Notes: a model not told the origin generated them from the letters alone. DNA of 20,000 nucleotides from an uncultured virus (IMG/VR IMGVR_UViG_3300025674_006584) (IMGVR_UViG_3300025674_006584), one strand, 5' to 3'; positions 1-7,862 are shown, counted from the stretch's first letter. Numbers and translations: made by a program.

Positions 1-209
1 TAAACCGTTCAACATACGGTAACGGTGTTCTAAATGGTTCTTTTAATGTTAATGGTGTTATAAGATGGAATGGTGAGTTAGTTAACACAACATGGACTCT
101 AATGAGTAATAACTATCATATAATGATTCAGAGTCTTGATGACTTTGAAAGATATTATTATAATATACCTGTTAGTGAATTAAAAGATAAAGTAAAAAGA
201 AAATATTAA
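1..209 (+). CDS. partial hypothetical protein (3' end)
   Basis: Open frame from position 3 (NRSTYGNG...KVKRKY) to TAA 207-209, which overlaps the next ATG (TAATG). Confidence 0.7.
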   Translation, partial: NRSTYGNGVLNGSFNVNGVIRWNGELVNTTWTLMSNNYHIMIQSLDDFERYYYNIPVSELKDKVKRKY

Positions 210-496
210 TGAAAGAACAGGTTAACCATCCAGACCATTATGGTGGAGAAGATAATGTATATGAAGTTGTTAAAGTAGCCGAGGCTTGGGGAATAGACCG
301 AGACGCATACCTATTCAATGTTCTAAAATACATTGGTCGTAGTGGAAAAAAAGATGATAATCCACCTTTACAAGACCTTAAAAAAGCGTTATGGTACTTA
401 AACAGAAGAATAGAAACAATAGAAAATGAAAACAAATCAGATATATACAGGAGACTCTACCAAGAAAATGGCGGAGATGGAGGAGGGAACGATTGA
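209..496 (+). CDS. DUF3310 family protein (phage nucleotide-kinase-like/dATP-dGTP diphosphohydrolase-associated)
   Basis: Motifs VNHPDHY, NVLKYIGRSGKK and QDLKKALWYL are typical of DUF3310. Confidence 0.85.
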   Translation: MKEQVNHPDHYGGEDNVYEVVKVAEAWGIDRDAYLFNVLKYIGRSGKKDDNPPLQDLKKALWYLNRRIETIENENKSDIYRRLYQENGGDGGGND

Positions 497-1346
497 TTTA
501 ATTGTTACTTCACCACCTTACGGAGTTGGAATTGATTATGATAGTTGGGATGACGATAAATACTTTGAAGAATACAAGTTATTTGCGAAAGATTGGTTGA
601 CACAGGCTTACAGAGTATTGAAAGATGATGGTAGAATCGCCATAAATATACCATATGAAATAAATAGACAGGATAAAGGAGGTAGGATTTATTTCTCTGC
701 TGAGATGTGGATGATTATGAAGGAAATTGGGTTTGGTTTCTTTGGTATTGTTGATTTAGAAGAAAGTTCACCACACAGGAGTAAGACCACCGCTTGGGGT
801 AGTTGGATGAGCCCATCATCACCATACATTTATAATCCAAAAGAATGTGTGATTTTAGCATATAAAAATTTACACAAGAAACAGGTAAAGGGTACACCAC
901 AATGGAAGGGTGAATACCAAATGGTCGAAGATAAAAAGAATGGAGGAGAGAGACGTAAGTTAGTTTATGAAGAAAAAGACAAAAAAGATTTTATGTCTTT
1001 GGTTTTTGGACAATGGAATTATTTTGCAGATACTCGGCAAATGACTAAAGCCACATTCTCTTTAGATATTCCATATCGAGCAATTAAGATTTTATCATAC
1101 AAAGAAGATGTTGTATTAGACCCATTTAATGGTTCAGGTACTAGTTGTTTAGCTGCTGAAATGTTAGGTAGAAAGTGGATTGGTATTGATATATCTGAGA
1201 ACTACTGTGAAGTTGCAAGACAAAGAATTAAAGACTATCAGTTGGAGCAACAACAACTTAAAATTAATATAGAAGAAACCACCGACGAACCTATAAAAAA
1301 TATTTTTGGTACTACTACAAAAATTAAAGGTGGTATCGGAGCATAA
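426..1346 (+). CDS. beta-class N4-cytosine/N6-adenine DNA methyltransferase
   Basis: Catalytic motif IV (IDLIVTSPPY) is N-terminal and SAM-binding motif I (VVLDPFNGSGTS) is C-terminal; SPPY favours m4C. Confidence 0.92.
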   Translation: MKTNQIYTGDSTKKMAEMEEGTIDLIVTSPPYGVGIDYDSWDDDKYFEEYKLFAKDWLTQAYRVLKDDGRIAINIPYEINRQDKGGRIYFSAEMWMIMKEIGFGFFGIVDLEESSPHRSKTTAWGSWMSPSSPYIYNPKECVILAYKNLHKKQVKGTPQWKGEYQMVEDKKNGGERRKLVYEEKDKKDFMSLVFGQWNYFADTRQMTKATFSLDIPYRAIKILSYKEDVVLDPFNGSGTSCLAAEMLGRKWIGIDISENYCEVARQRIKDYQLEQQQLKINIEETTDEPIKNIFGTTTKIKGGIGA

Positions 1347-1364
1347 ACAATTTAATAAAAAACT

Positions 1365-2840
1365 ATGGTTTACTACGAAACTACGGAGCAATTAATGAAC
1401 CTTGCGAAGGAGGAAGGAACTAAAACTACCAAAGACGGTTTATTACATTTTAACACTGGTAAGTTTACTGGTCGTTCACCTAAAGATAGATATTTTGCAA
1501 ATGGTGAATATGTACATAATAATATAGACTTTAAAAGAGCTATAAACCAAAAACTAAGTAGAGAAGAATACATTTCTTTAAAAGAAGAGATGAAAGAATA
1601 CTTAGAAGAAAACGAAACACTTAGGAGTAGAAGAGTTGCGGGGTACTCGTATGAACACATGGCGACTTTTAGTATTACTTCAACAGAACCATGGGGTATC
1701 ATATTCTTTAACAATATGTTGATTGACCCAACTAGTTTTGTCACTACGTATTCAAGGTCGTTCACAGAATGGGAAGTCTTACACGCTCCAAATTTCGTAA
1801 GTAAAAATAGACCTAAAGGGGTTAAAAATGAAAACTTTGTTATTATAGATTTTGATGATAGAAAAATATTAATAGCGGGAACAAGTTATACTGGTGAAAT
1901 AAAGAAAAGTGTATTTACAGTTTTAAATACTCTTTTGATTGATAGAGGTGTGTTACCTATGCATTGTTCCGCAAACTCAAATACTAAAGAAGGTACGGGT
2001 GTTAATTTGTTTTTTGGTCTATCAGGTACAGGAAAGACGACATTGTCTTCAGACCCTTTAAAATACTTCATAGGGGATGATGAACACGGATGGGACGGAA
2101 ATAAGATATTTAACTTTGAAGGGGGATGTTATGCAAAGTTAATTAACTTAGAAGAGGAAAATGAGCCAATTATATGGGACGCGATACATAGTAAATTTAC
2201 AAGACAAAACACATCTTTACTTGAAAATATTATTGTTGATGAGGATGGAAATCCTGACTTTACTGATAGTACGATAACTGAAAATATTAGAGCTTCTTAT
2301 CCCTTAGACCAAATAAGTAGAAATTCTAAAGTAACTATGACAGGAAGAGGTAATGGAGTTAAAAATATATTCTTTTTATCATTTGACGCTTTTGGAGTAT
2401 TACCTCCCATTTCTTTATTGGATACAGAACAGGCGATTAAATACTTTGAGTTAGGTTATACATCAAAAGTGGCAGGAACAGAAGTAGGTATTGATGAACC
2501 AACGACCACATTCTCACCATGTTTTGGTGACCCATTCCTACCAAGAAAAATTTCTGACTACACAAACCTATTCAGAGAAAAACTTATAGAATTTTCAGAT
2601 GTTAAAGTTTGGTTGGTAAATACAGGATTTGATAAACATTATAATAGGTTTTCGTTGTCACAAACTCGCAGTATTATTAATGGAGTAATTGATGGTGACT
2701 ACGATGAGACCTTTATTGAATATAACGATTTACAGATACCAAAAAGAATTGGTGAGTACAATATGGAAGAGGTTTTTGAAAAACCTGATGAAATAAGACA
2801 AGGTAAATTCTTTACCATGATAAAAAACTCCTTACAATGA
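1365..2840 (+). CDS. pckA: phosphoenolpyruvate carboxykinase (ATP-dependent)
   Basis: Motifs TGRSPKDRY, YTGEIKKS, PMHCSAN, P-loop GLSGTGKTTLS, IGDDEHGW, NFEGGCYAK, DAFGVLPP, GYTSKVAGTE and WLVNTG. Confidence 0.96.
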   Translation: MVYYETTEQLMNLAKEEGTKTTKDGLLHFNTGKFTGRSPKDRYFANGEYVHNNIDFKRAINQKLSREEYISLKEEMKEYLEENETLRSRRVAGYSYEHMATFSITSTEPWGIIFFNNMLIDPTSFVTTYSRSFTEWEVLHAPNFVSKNRPKGVKNENFVIIDFDDRKILIAGTSYTGEIKKSVFTVLNTLLIDRGVLPMHCSANSNTKEGTGVNLFFGLSGTGKTTLSSDPLKYFIGDDEHGWDGNKIFNFEGGCYAKLINLEEENEPIIWDAIHSKFTRQNTSLLENIIVDEDGNPDFTDSTITENIRASYPLDQISRNSKVTMTGRGNGVKNIFFLSFDAFGVLPPISLLDTEQAIKYFELGYTSKVAGTEVGIDEPTTTFSPCFGDPFLPRKISDYTNLFREKLIEFSDVKVWLVNTGFDKHYNRFSLSQTRSIINGVIDGDYDETFIEYNDLQIPKRIGEYNMEEVFEKPDEIRQGKFFTMIKNSLQ

Positions 2841-2850
2841 GGGGTTTTTT
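2822..2850 (+). terminator. intrinsic terminator overlapping the pckA stop codon
   Basis: Stem AAAAAACTCCT/AGGGGTTTTTT (one G-U) ending in a U-tract. Confidence 0.7.
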
Positions 2851-2886
2851 GTTTAATATAATACAAAAAAAAATACACAAAACACA

Positions 2887-2915
2887 TTGACTAATAAAAT
2901 TATTTATCGTATACT
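2887..2915 (+). promoter_or_regulatory. sigma70-type promoter upstream of the fasciclin gene
   Basis: TTGACT-17 nt-TATACT; the spacer also contains TATTTAT (2901-2907). Confidence 0.6.
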
Positions 2916-2948
2916 CATGAAACAATAAAAAAATAAAACAAACAAAAA

Positions 2949-3995
2949 ATGAAAAAAGTATTAATGGTATTGGGATTGGCCTTAACATCCCTAATTGGTT
3001 TTTCTCAGTCCACTGTTGTGGATGTAATCGTTGGTAGTGAAGACCATACATTATTAGAAGCCGCTGTTATTGAGGCAGGGCTAGTTGAAGCGTTAAGTGA
3101 TACCACAGGTACATTTACAGTATTTGCACCTACCGATGATGCAATTACAAACTTGGTTTATGAATTAGGTATTACACCCGAAGAGTTATTGGCACTTGAA
3201 GGGTTGGGTGATATCTTATTGTACCATGTTGTTAACGCAATTGCATTGAGTGGTGATTTAATGGATGGTGATACCTTTGAAACACTCTTGGGTGAGGATA
3301 TTACTATCGCACTTACTGATAGTACTGTTATGGTTAATAACGCAATGGTTACTGTTGCTGACATTACAACAGATAATGGTGTTGTTCACGTTATCGACGC
3401 GGTACTTCTTCCACCTACCGAACCTGTAGTAACGGCAGTATGGGATTGGATTGAATCAAGTGATGTCCATAACTACCTCGAAGCTGCAGTTATCGCAGGA
3501 GGTCTACAAGAGACTTTAGAGGGTGAAGGTACCTTTACAGTATTTGCACCAACTGACGATGCGTTTGTTGATTTGGCAACCACGTTGGGTGTTGAAGTTA
3601 CTGACCTTTTGGCTCTTCCTAACTTGACTGACATTCTTTTGTATCACGTCTTGGGTACTACTGTTATGAGTACCGACTTGTATGACGGTTTGGAAGCAAC
3701 CACAGTAGGTGGTGGTACCTTGACTATCGGTGTTGGTGAAACAGTGACTGTAAACGAAACTGCAACTGTTGTGTTGGTTGATTTGGAAGCACAAAACGGT
3801 GTTGTTCACGTTATCGACGAGGTACTATTGGATAACACCCCTAATAGTGTCGGTGAGATTCAACCAACAGATGTTAACTATGATGGGTTCTACTACAACA
3901 TCATGGGTCAAAGGTTCGATAGTATATTGGACATTCCATTCGGTAGTGTATACATCTACAATGGTAAGAAGTATATTAGGACTGAAGATAGATAA
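2949..3995 (+). CDS. secreted fasciclin (2x FAS1) protein with T9SS-like C-terminal domain
   Basis: Signal peptide MKKVLMVLGLALTSLIGFSQ; two copies of FTVFAPTDDA...ILLYHV...NGVVHVID; C-terminus YYNIMGQRF...GSVYIYNGKKY. Confidence 0.93.
   Translation: MKKVLMVLGLALTSLIGFSQSTVVDVIVGSEDHTLLEAAVIEAGLVEALSDTTGTFTVFAPTDDAITNLVYELGITPEELLALEGLGDILLYHVVNAIALSGDLMDGDTFETLLGEDITIALTDSTVMVNNAMVTVADITTDNGVVHVIDAVLLPPTEPVVTAVWDWIESSDVHNYLEAAVIAGGLQETLEGEGTFTVFAPTDDAFVDLATTLGVEVTDLLALPNLTDILLYHVLGTTVMSTDLYDGLEATTVGGGTLTIGVGETVTVNETATVVLVDLEAQNGVVHVIDEVLLDNTPNSVGEIQPTDVNYDGFYYNIMGQRFDSILDIPFGSVYIYNGKKYIRTEDR
3108..3826 (+). repeat. intragenic duplication of the FAS1 domain (420 nt period)
   Basis: 3108-3142 resembles 3528-3562, and GGTGTTGTTCACGTTATCGACG at 3378 recurs at 3798; both offsets are exactly 420 nt. 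Confidence 0.85.
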
Positions 3996-4013
3996 TATAT
4001 TTTCACAGTATTT

Positions 4014-4044
4014 AAAAAACCTCACTTATCTGTGAGGTTTTTTT
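4014..4044 (+). terminator. intrinsic terminator
   Basis: AAAAAACCTCAC-TTATCT-GTGAGGTTTTTTT. Confidence 0.85.
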
Positions 4045-4054
4045 GTTTATAAGG

Positions 4055-4062
4055 TATTTATA
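4055..4062 (+). promoter_or_regulatory. TATTTATA putative phage (late) promoter
   Basis: Lies just after a terminator and before ATG 4079; the motif recurs before many genes. Confidence 0.5.
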
Positions 4063-4078
4063 TTAAAAGTATATTAAC

Positions 4079-4396
4079 ATGAGACAATTTAGAATAGATG
4101 ACTCAGAGAGAAATAGAATTTTAAATCTCCACGAGAATGCAACTAAAAAACAATACCTAAGTGAACAAGGTGGTAAATGTTTACCTATAAATCAAGTTAT
4201 TGGTATTGAAAATTTCGTTAAAGGTAATTTTGATTCACTTACAAATATTATGGGACAAAAGATTAGTGAGGTTTGTGAAAGTAATTCATTTGGTGATATC
4301 GCAGAATACACATTCACTATGGAAAGTAACCCTAACTTAACAGTGGCAAGTTTTAAAATTGATGGAGACTTAACACCAAAAGAATCAGGAGCATGA
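4079..4396 (+). CDS. hypothetical phage protein with N-terminal leader (..ERNRILNLHE..YLSEQ)
   Basis: 105 aa ORF with ATGA coupling to the next gene. Confidence 0.75.
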   Translation: MRQFRIDDSERNRILNLHENATKKQYLSEQGGKCLPINQVIGIENFVKGNFDSLTNIMGQKISEVCESNSFGDIAEYTFTMESNPNLTVASFKIDGDLTPKESGA

Positions 4397-5877
4397 AAAC
4401 AATACTAAAAGAAACGGGATTAAGAAATATCAAGGCGCTTGCAGATAGATACAATAAAGCTAAGATATATTTCCACCAAGATTTAGATGGTGTAACTACT
4501 GCATTGGCAATGAAAAACTATTTGGAAAATAACGGAATAGAAGTTGTTGATGCAGAGATAATTCAATATGGTGACAAAGAGTTTGCCGTTAAAAAGTTAG
4601 ATGCTCAAGGAGATACAATGCCAGTTTTGGTTGATTTCGCTCACGGTAAACCCATGTTTGTTGTTCATACTGACCACCACGATAGTCAAACTGGTGTGGA
4701 AGGAGACACATCTACATCATTCAGACCATCACGTTCAAACGTTGCAACACTCTCTCAGATAATGTCACCTACAGATATATTTCCATCTGAAGATATTACA
4801 TTAATTTCTACAGTTGACTCAGCTGATTTTGCGAGGTTTGGATTAAAACCTGAAGATATTATGAATTTTGTTTTTAAATTACAAAAAGATAAGAATTTAC
4901 AACAAAACAAAATGGCATTAGGATTAGCCACTAACAAACTATTGTTAGCTTTTAAAAATAAACCTGGTTTCTTAGAAGAGTTGGTAATGACATCAGAACC
5001 ATCTTTAATGAATATATTTCAAAACATTAATAGAATTGCTAAAAGAGAAAATTTAGCCTTCCAAGACAGACTTGAAAAAGGTTTAGAATTAAATAAATGG
5101 GGTAAACCAAATAGAAAGCCTTATGCATCACCTGAAGAAATGTCTGCAAATCAAAAAGATTATGTAGAGAAACAAGCGGAAAGTGATAAAGTATATGTTG
5201 ATGACGGTATTATAGTACAGTATGGAGGTGGTTCTATGTTTAAACCTGGTTCATATGACAGGTACACCCCATTTAAGAATAACCCTGATGCTGATTTCTT
5301 AGTTATTGCATGGCCTATGGGTTTAGTACAGGCAAGTTGTAACCCATTTAAAAGTGAAAGAGAATTGAAGGGTGTAAACTTAGGTGAGATAGCACAGGAA
5401 GTTTTAAGTAAATGGGAAGGACAGCTAAAAGATAAGATTATACCATTATCAACAATAAAATGGATTTCTGAATCAGGTAAATCTTTCGACGAAGAGTCAG
5501 TAGGATTTACCAATGCAGATTTAGAAGCATTTTATGGGGACAAAGTACGTTCGATGGAAGGTGGTGAACAATATATGGATAAGTTAAAAGATATAATGAA
5601 TAAACCTAATAATGAACTTACTGAAAATGAATGGGGAATATTGGATAAGTTAGGTGTCCCTGCTTGGGAAATGATTCAGGCTAATTCAGGAGGACATAAA
5701 TGTATTACAAATATTTCGGCACTTAATTATTTTGGTAGAAGTAAAAGACCACCACTACCTGATATTAAAAGAGGTAAGAAAGAAGGTGATTCACCATATG
5801 TGAAGTTTACCAAAATGATACAAAAAAGATTTGTTGAATTATTAAAACAAAAAATACAAGAAAGTAAATCAAATTAA
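4393..5877 (+). CDS. DHH-superfamily phosphoesterase
   Basis: Motifs FHQDLDG (DxD), VDFAH, TDHHD and a C-terminal SGGH (DHHA1-like). Confidence 0.8.
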   Translation: MKTILKETGLRNIKALADRYNKAKIYFHQDLDGVTTALAMKNYLENNGIEVVDAEIIQYGDKEFAVKKLDAQGDTMPVLVDFAHGKPMFVVHTDHHDSQTGVEGDTSTSFRPSRSNVATLSQIMSPTDIFPSEDITLISTVDSADFARFGLKPEDIMNFVFKLQKDKNLQQNKMALGLATNKLLLAFKNKPGFLEELVMTSEPSLMNIFQNINRIAKRENLAFQDRLEKGLELNKWGKPNRKPYASPEEMSANQKDYVEKQAESDKVYVDDGIIVQYGGGSMFKPGSYDRYTPFKNNPDADFLVIAWPMGLVQASCNPFKSERELKGVNLGEIAQEVLSKWEGQLKDKIIPLSTIKWISESGKSFDEESVGFTNADLEAFYGDKVRSMEGGEQYMDKLKDIMNKPNNELTENEWGILDKLGVPAWEMIQANSGGHKCITNISALNYFGRSKRPPLPDIKRGKKEGDSPYVKFTKMIQKRFVELLKQKIQESKSN

Positions 5878-6225
5878 AGAAAAGGAGACAGTGTCTCCTT
5901 TTTTAATACCTAATTTTTTACAAGTACCACCAGCAACTTCTAAAACCTCACTACCAAAACCCTTATAAGAAACACAATTATATTTTTGATTACATGGAGG
6001 ACAATCATGATGAATCTCATTTATAGTACCTTTATTAATTATTATTATGTCCAATGGTATAATACAGTTATACATCCAAAAACTTTGTTCAGTGGATTCT
6101 GGCATAATAAAAAACATACCATTAAAATTTTCATCGAATCTTTTTTTCATCATACCTTCAGATATTGAAGTGGGTGATGCACAAAGTTTGACTTTAAATA
6201 TATTATTGTCTATTATTATTTTCAT
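5869..6225 (-). CDS. DUF192 family protein
   Basis: GMM..NGMFF..SFWMYNCIIPLDII..VLEVAGG..GIKKGD. The start is re-called to ATG at 6225 (118 aa), because the longer ORF overlaps the Nudix gene. Confidence 0.88.
   Translation of the reverse strand: MKIIIDNNIFKVKLCASPTSISEGMMKKRFDENFNGMFFIMPESTEQSFWMYNCIIPLDIIIINKGTINEIHHDCPPCNQKYNCVSYKGFGSEVLEVAGGTCKKLGIKKGDTVSFSLI
5880..5904 (+). terminator. intrinsic terminator embedded in the convergent DUF192 coding sequence
   Basis: AAAAGGAGAC-AGT-GTCTCCTTTTTT immediately after the DHH stop codon. Confidence 0.7.
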
Positions 6226-6236
6226 ATTTATAAATA
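6225..6236. promoter_or_regulatory. palindromic TATTTATAAATA (bidirectional TATTTATA motif) between divergent genes
   Basis: Perfect palindrome between DUF192 (-) and Nudix (+). Confidence 0.55.
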
Positions 6237-6251
6237 TATTGAAACAGTAAT

Positions 6252-6659
6252 ATGAAAAAATATGCAGGTATAATTGTAAGATGTAACAATAAAGTTTTGT
6301 TATGTAAAAGAAATAATGAAGGCACACTACCTGGTTTTTGGTCTTGCCCTGGTGGTAAAATGGAAGATGGTGAGACATCTAAAGAAGCCGCTATAAGAGA
6401 ATTTATGGAAGAAACAGACTTACCAATCTACGGTAAAATCGATTTTGCTGCTGCGATAAAAAGATACACTAGAGATGGACAGACAGTTAAAGGTTTAATG
6501 TATTGTTATTTACTGGATGTTGAAGAAGAAGTATATCCTGATTTGGATAATGCTATAGATGGTGATGAACACATAGAATGTGGGTACTATGATAAAGACA
6601 ACTTACCTACACCGATGACTAAACAATTTAATAAACTATTAAATATAATATTAAAATGA
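6252..6659 (+). CDS. Nudix hydrolase
   Basis: Nudix box PGGKMEDGETSKEAAIREFMEET. Confidence 0.92.
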   Translation: MKKYAGIIVRCNNKVLLCKRNNEGTLPGFWSCPGGKMEDGETSKEAAIREFMEETDLPIYGKIDFAAAIKRYTRDGQTVKGLMYCYLLDVEEEVYPDLDNAIDGDEHIECGYYDKDNLPTPMTKQFNKLLNIILK

Positions 6660-6874
6660 AAAACAAATTATTCGACGCTTTAGAGAAAAAATATGAAGCA
6701 ATCAAAAGTGAATGTGAAGCAACATTAGAGGTGTATTTTAATAATCCTATGGGTATTGGAGAACATCCAGGAATTATTGAAGAAATGGATAAATTATTTG
6801 AGAGATACGCAACCGCTGAAGGTAATTTAGAGGTCTTGAGAAAGAATTTTTCCGAATACGATACAGAAGAATAA
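6656..6874 (+). CDS. small conserved-type phage hypothetical protein
   Basis: 72 aa helical protein with a GIGEHP motif; ATGA overlap with the Nudix gene. Confidence 0.75.
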   Translation: MKNKLFDALEKKYEAIKSECEATLEVYFNNPMGIGEHPGIIEEMDKLFERYATAEGNLEVLRKNFSEYDTEE

Positions 6875-6891
6875 AAAAGTTTTGTTTTTAG

Positions 6892-6921
6892 TTGAATAAT
6901 TAAAACTTTTTTGTATATTTG
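6892..6921 (+). promoter_or_regulatory. Bacteroidota housekeeping-sigma promoter P1
   Basis: TTG (6892-6894)-19 nt-TATATTTG (6914-6921). Confidence 0.6.
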
Positions 6922-6929
6922 TAAAACTT

Positions 6930-6957
6930 TTGACAGATAAGGGTATATTTATATACT
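6930..6957 (+). promoter_or_regulatory. sigma70-like promoter overlapping a TATTTATA motif
   Basis: TTGACA-16 nt-TATACT, with TATTTATA at 6946-6953. Confidence 0.45.
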
Positions 6958-6984
6958 ACAATCAGAAAAAAAGTTTAAAAAAAA

Positions 6985-7016
6985 TTTGACAGATTGAAAA
7001 ATATGTTTTAAATTTG
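6985..7016 (+). promoter_or_regulatory. Bacteroidota housekeeping-sigma promoter P2
   Basis: TTTG (6985-6988)-20 nt-TAAATTTG (7009-7016), an exact consensus match. Confidence 0.7.
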
Positions 7017-7022
7017 TCAAAC

Positions 7023-7034
7023 GTTCTTTGAAAA
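7023..7034 (+). promoter_or_regulatory. boxA-like antitermination element
   Basis: GTTCTTTGAAAA directly downstream of P2, resembling the rrn leader boxA. Confidence 0.6.
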
Positions 7035-7049
7035 TATTAATGACGAACC

Positions 7050-7862
7050 TTCACTGAAAGAGTTTCCTAAAAAGATTAACCCCCTTTTTTCATTCAAAAA
7101 CAGTGAACAAGTAGTTATCGGTGGTTTAGCATCGTTAGATAACCCTGGCAACAGGACTAAAGGGACAGAATGGGATTTAGCAATCCTTGGAAGTTCGCAG
7201 TCGTATGGCTGACAACTAAACAAAGTATCTACGACCCGTACCTCAAGGGCAACTGCTGAGGGGTTAGGGTTCATCTGAATGAGTGGACATTCGGGTGTGA
7301 GATGGAGACATCAACAGGAGAAGATACAGGTGACGGTTCGACACTCACTGCTATGGGTTGTAGAGCTGGGTACCAGTCTGAGGGGTTACCTCAGGGACGA
7401 GTGGAAACTCGGAACCTACCGTAGTCCTGACTGACCGTTAACTTGCAGGTTAACAGAGAGGTGTGAAGCATTCTGTACTCCAAAGGTATGGACCTTCTCC
7501 CGAAGCACATCTTTCATAAATCCACATTTGCTAATTTTAATCTAAATTAAAACAAGCGAAAGTCTTCGGGCGTTGATGACGAAAGGTGTCTAACACTTCG
7601 GACCTTAGTCAACGAAGTCATCCCTTGAACCGCAAGTTCTCGGATGTCGATAATGAAACAACTCGTGGGTTGGCCGACCCTTAGTGAGACCGCAAGTCTT
7701 GAGAGATTGAAGTAGTTGTCGAGTAGTTATCAACGATACGAGTGGTAGCCGTTAGTTACCGACACTGACTCGATACTCCTGTCAATGGAGTGGATACGTG
7801 GGGAATTATCTAACTATAATCCCACAAAAGACGAGTTGTCAAACGTGTAATCTCAGCGTCCT
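7050..7862 (+). ncRNA. large structured non-coding RNA, GOLLD-like
   Basis: About 810 nt with no credible ORF and raised GC (31/60 at 7321-7380 vs 19/60 at 7981-8040). GNRA hairpins: CCTG-GCAA-CAGG 7144, GATG-GAGA-CATC 7301, CGAGT-GGAA-ACTCG 7398. Long-range helices: 7571-7580/7726-7735 and 7456-7465/7506-7515. Flanked by promoters and a terminator. The 3' part (CCGACACTGAC..GTGGATAC..TGTAATCTCAG) resembles GOLLD from memory. Confidence is higher for 'structured ncRNA' than for the family name. Confidence 0.8.

Noticed and set aside
6226..6378. N-terminal extension of the DUF192 ORF
   Set aside because: It overlaps the Nudix gene and the promoter palindrome; the family domain begins at ATG 6225.
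7017..7274. 85 aa minus-strand ORF
   Set aside because: It is antisense to the structured RNA and its promoters and has no recognisable motifs.
7329..7350. tRNA (GGTTCGA T-loop-like)
   Set aside because: No cloverleaf, acceptor stem or CCA; it is better explained as part of the large RNA.
7050..7862. Group I intron, RNase P RNA, tmRNA or rRNA
   Set aside because: No gene is interrupted, although CAGGACTA 7152/TAGTCCTG 7422 superficially resembles P7. GCGAAAGTC at 7556 resembles RNase P CR-I but no CR-V is evident. There are no tRNA-like tmRNA ends and no universal rRNA motifs.
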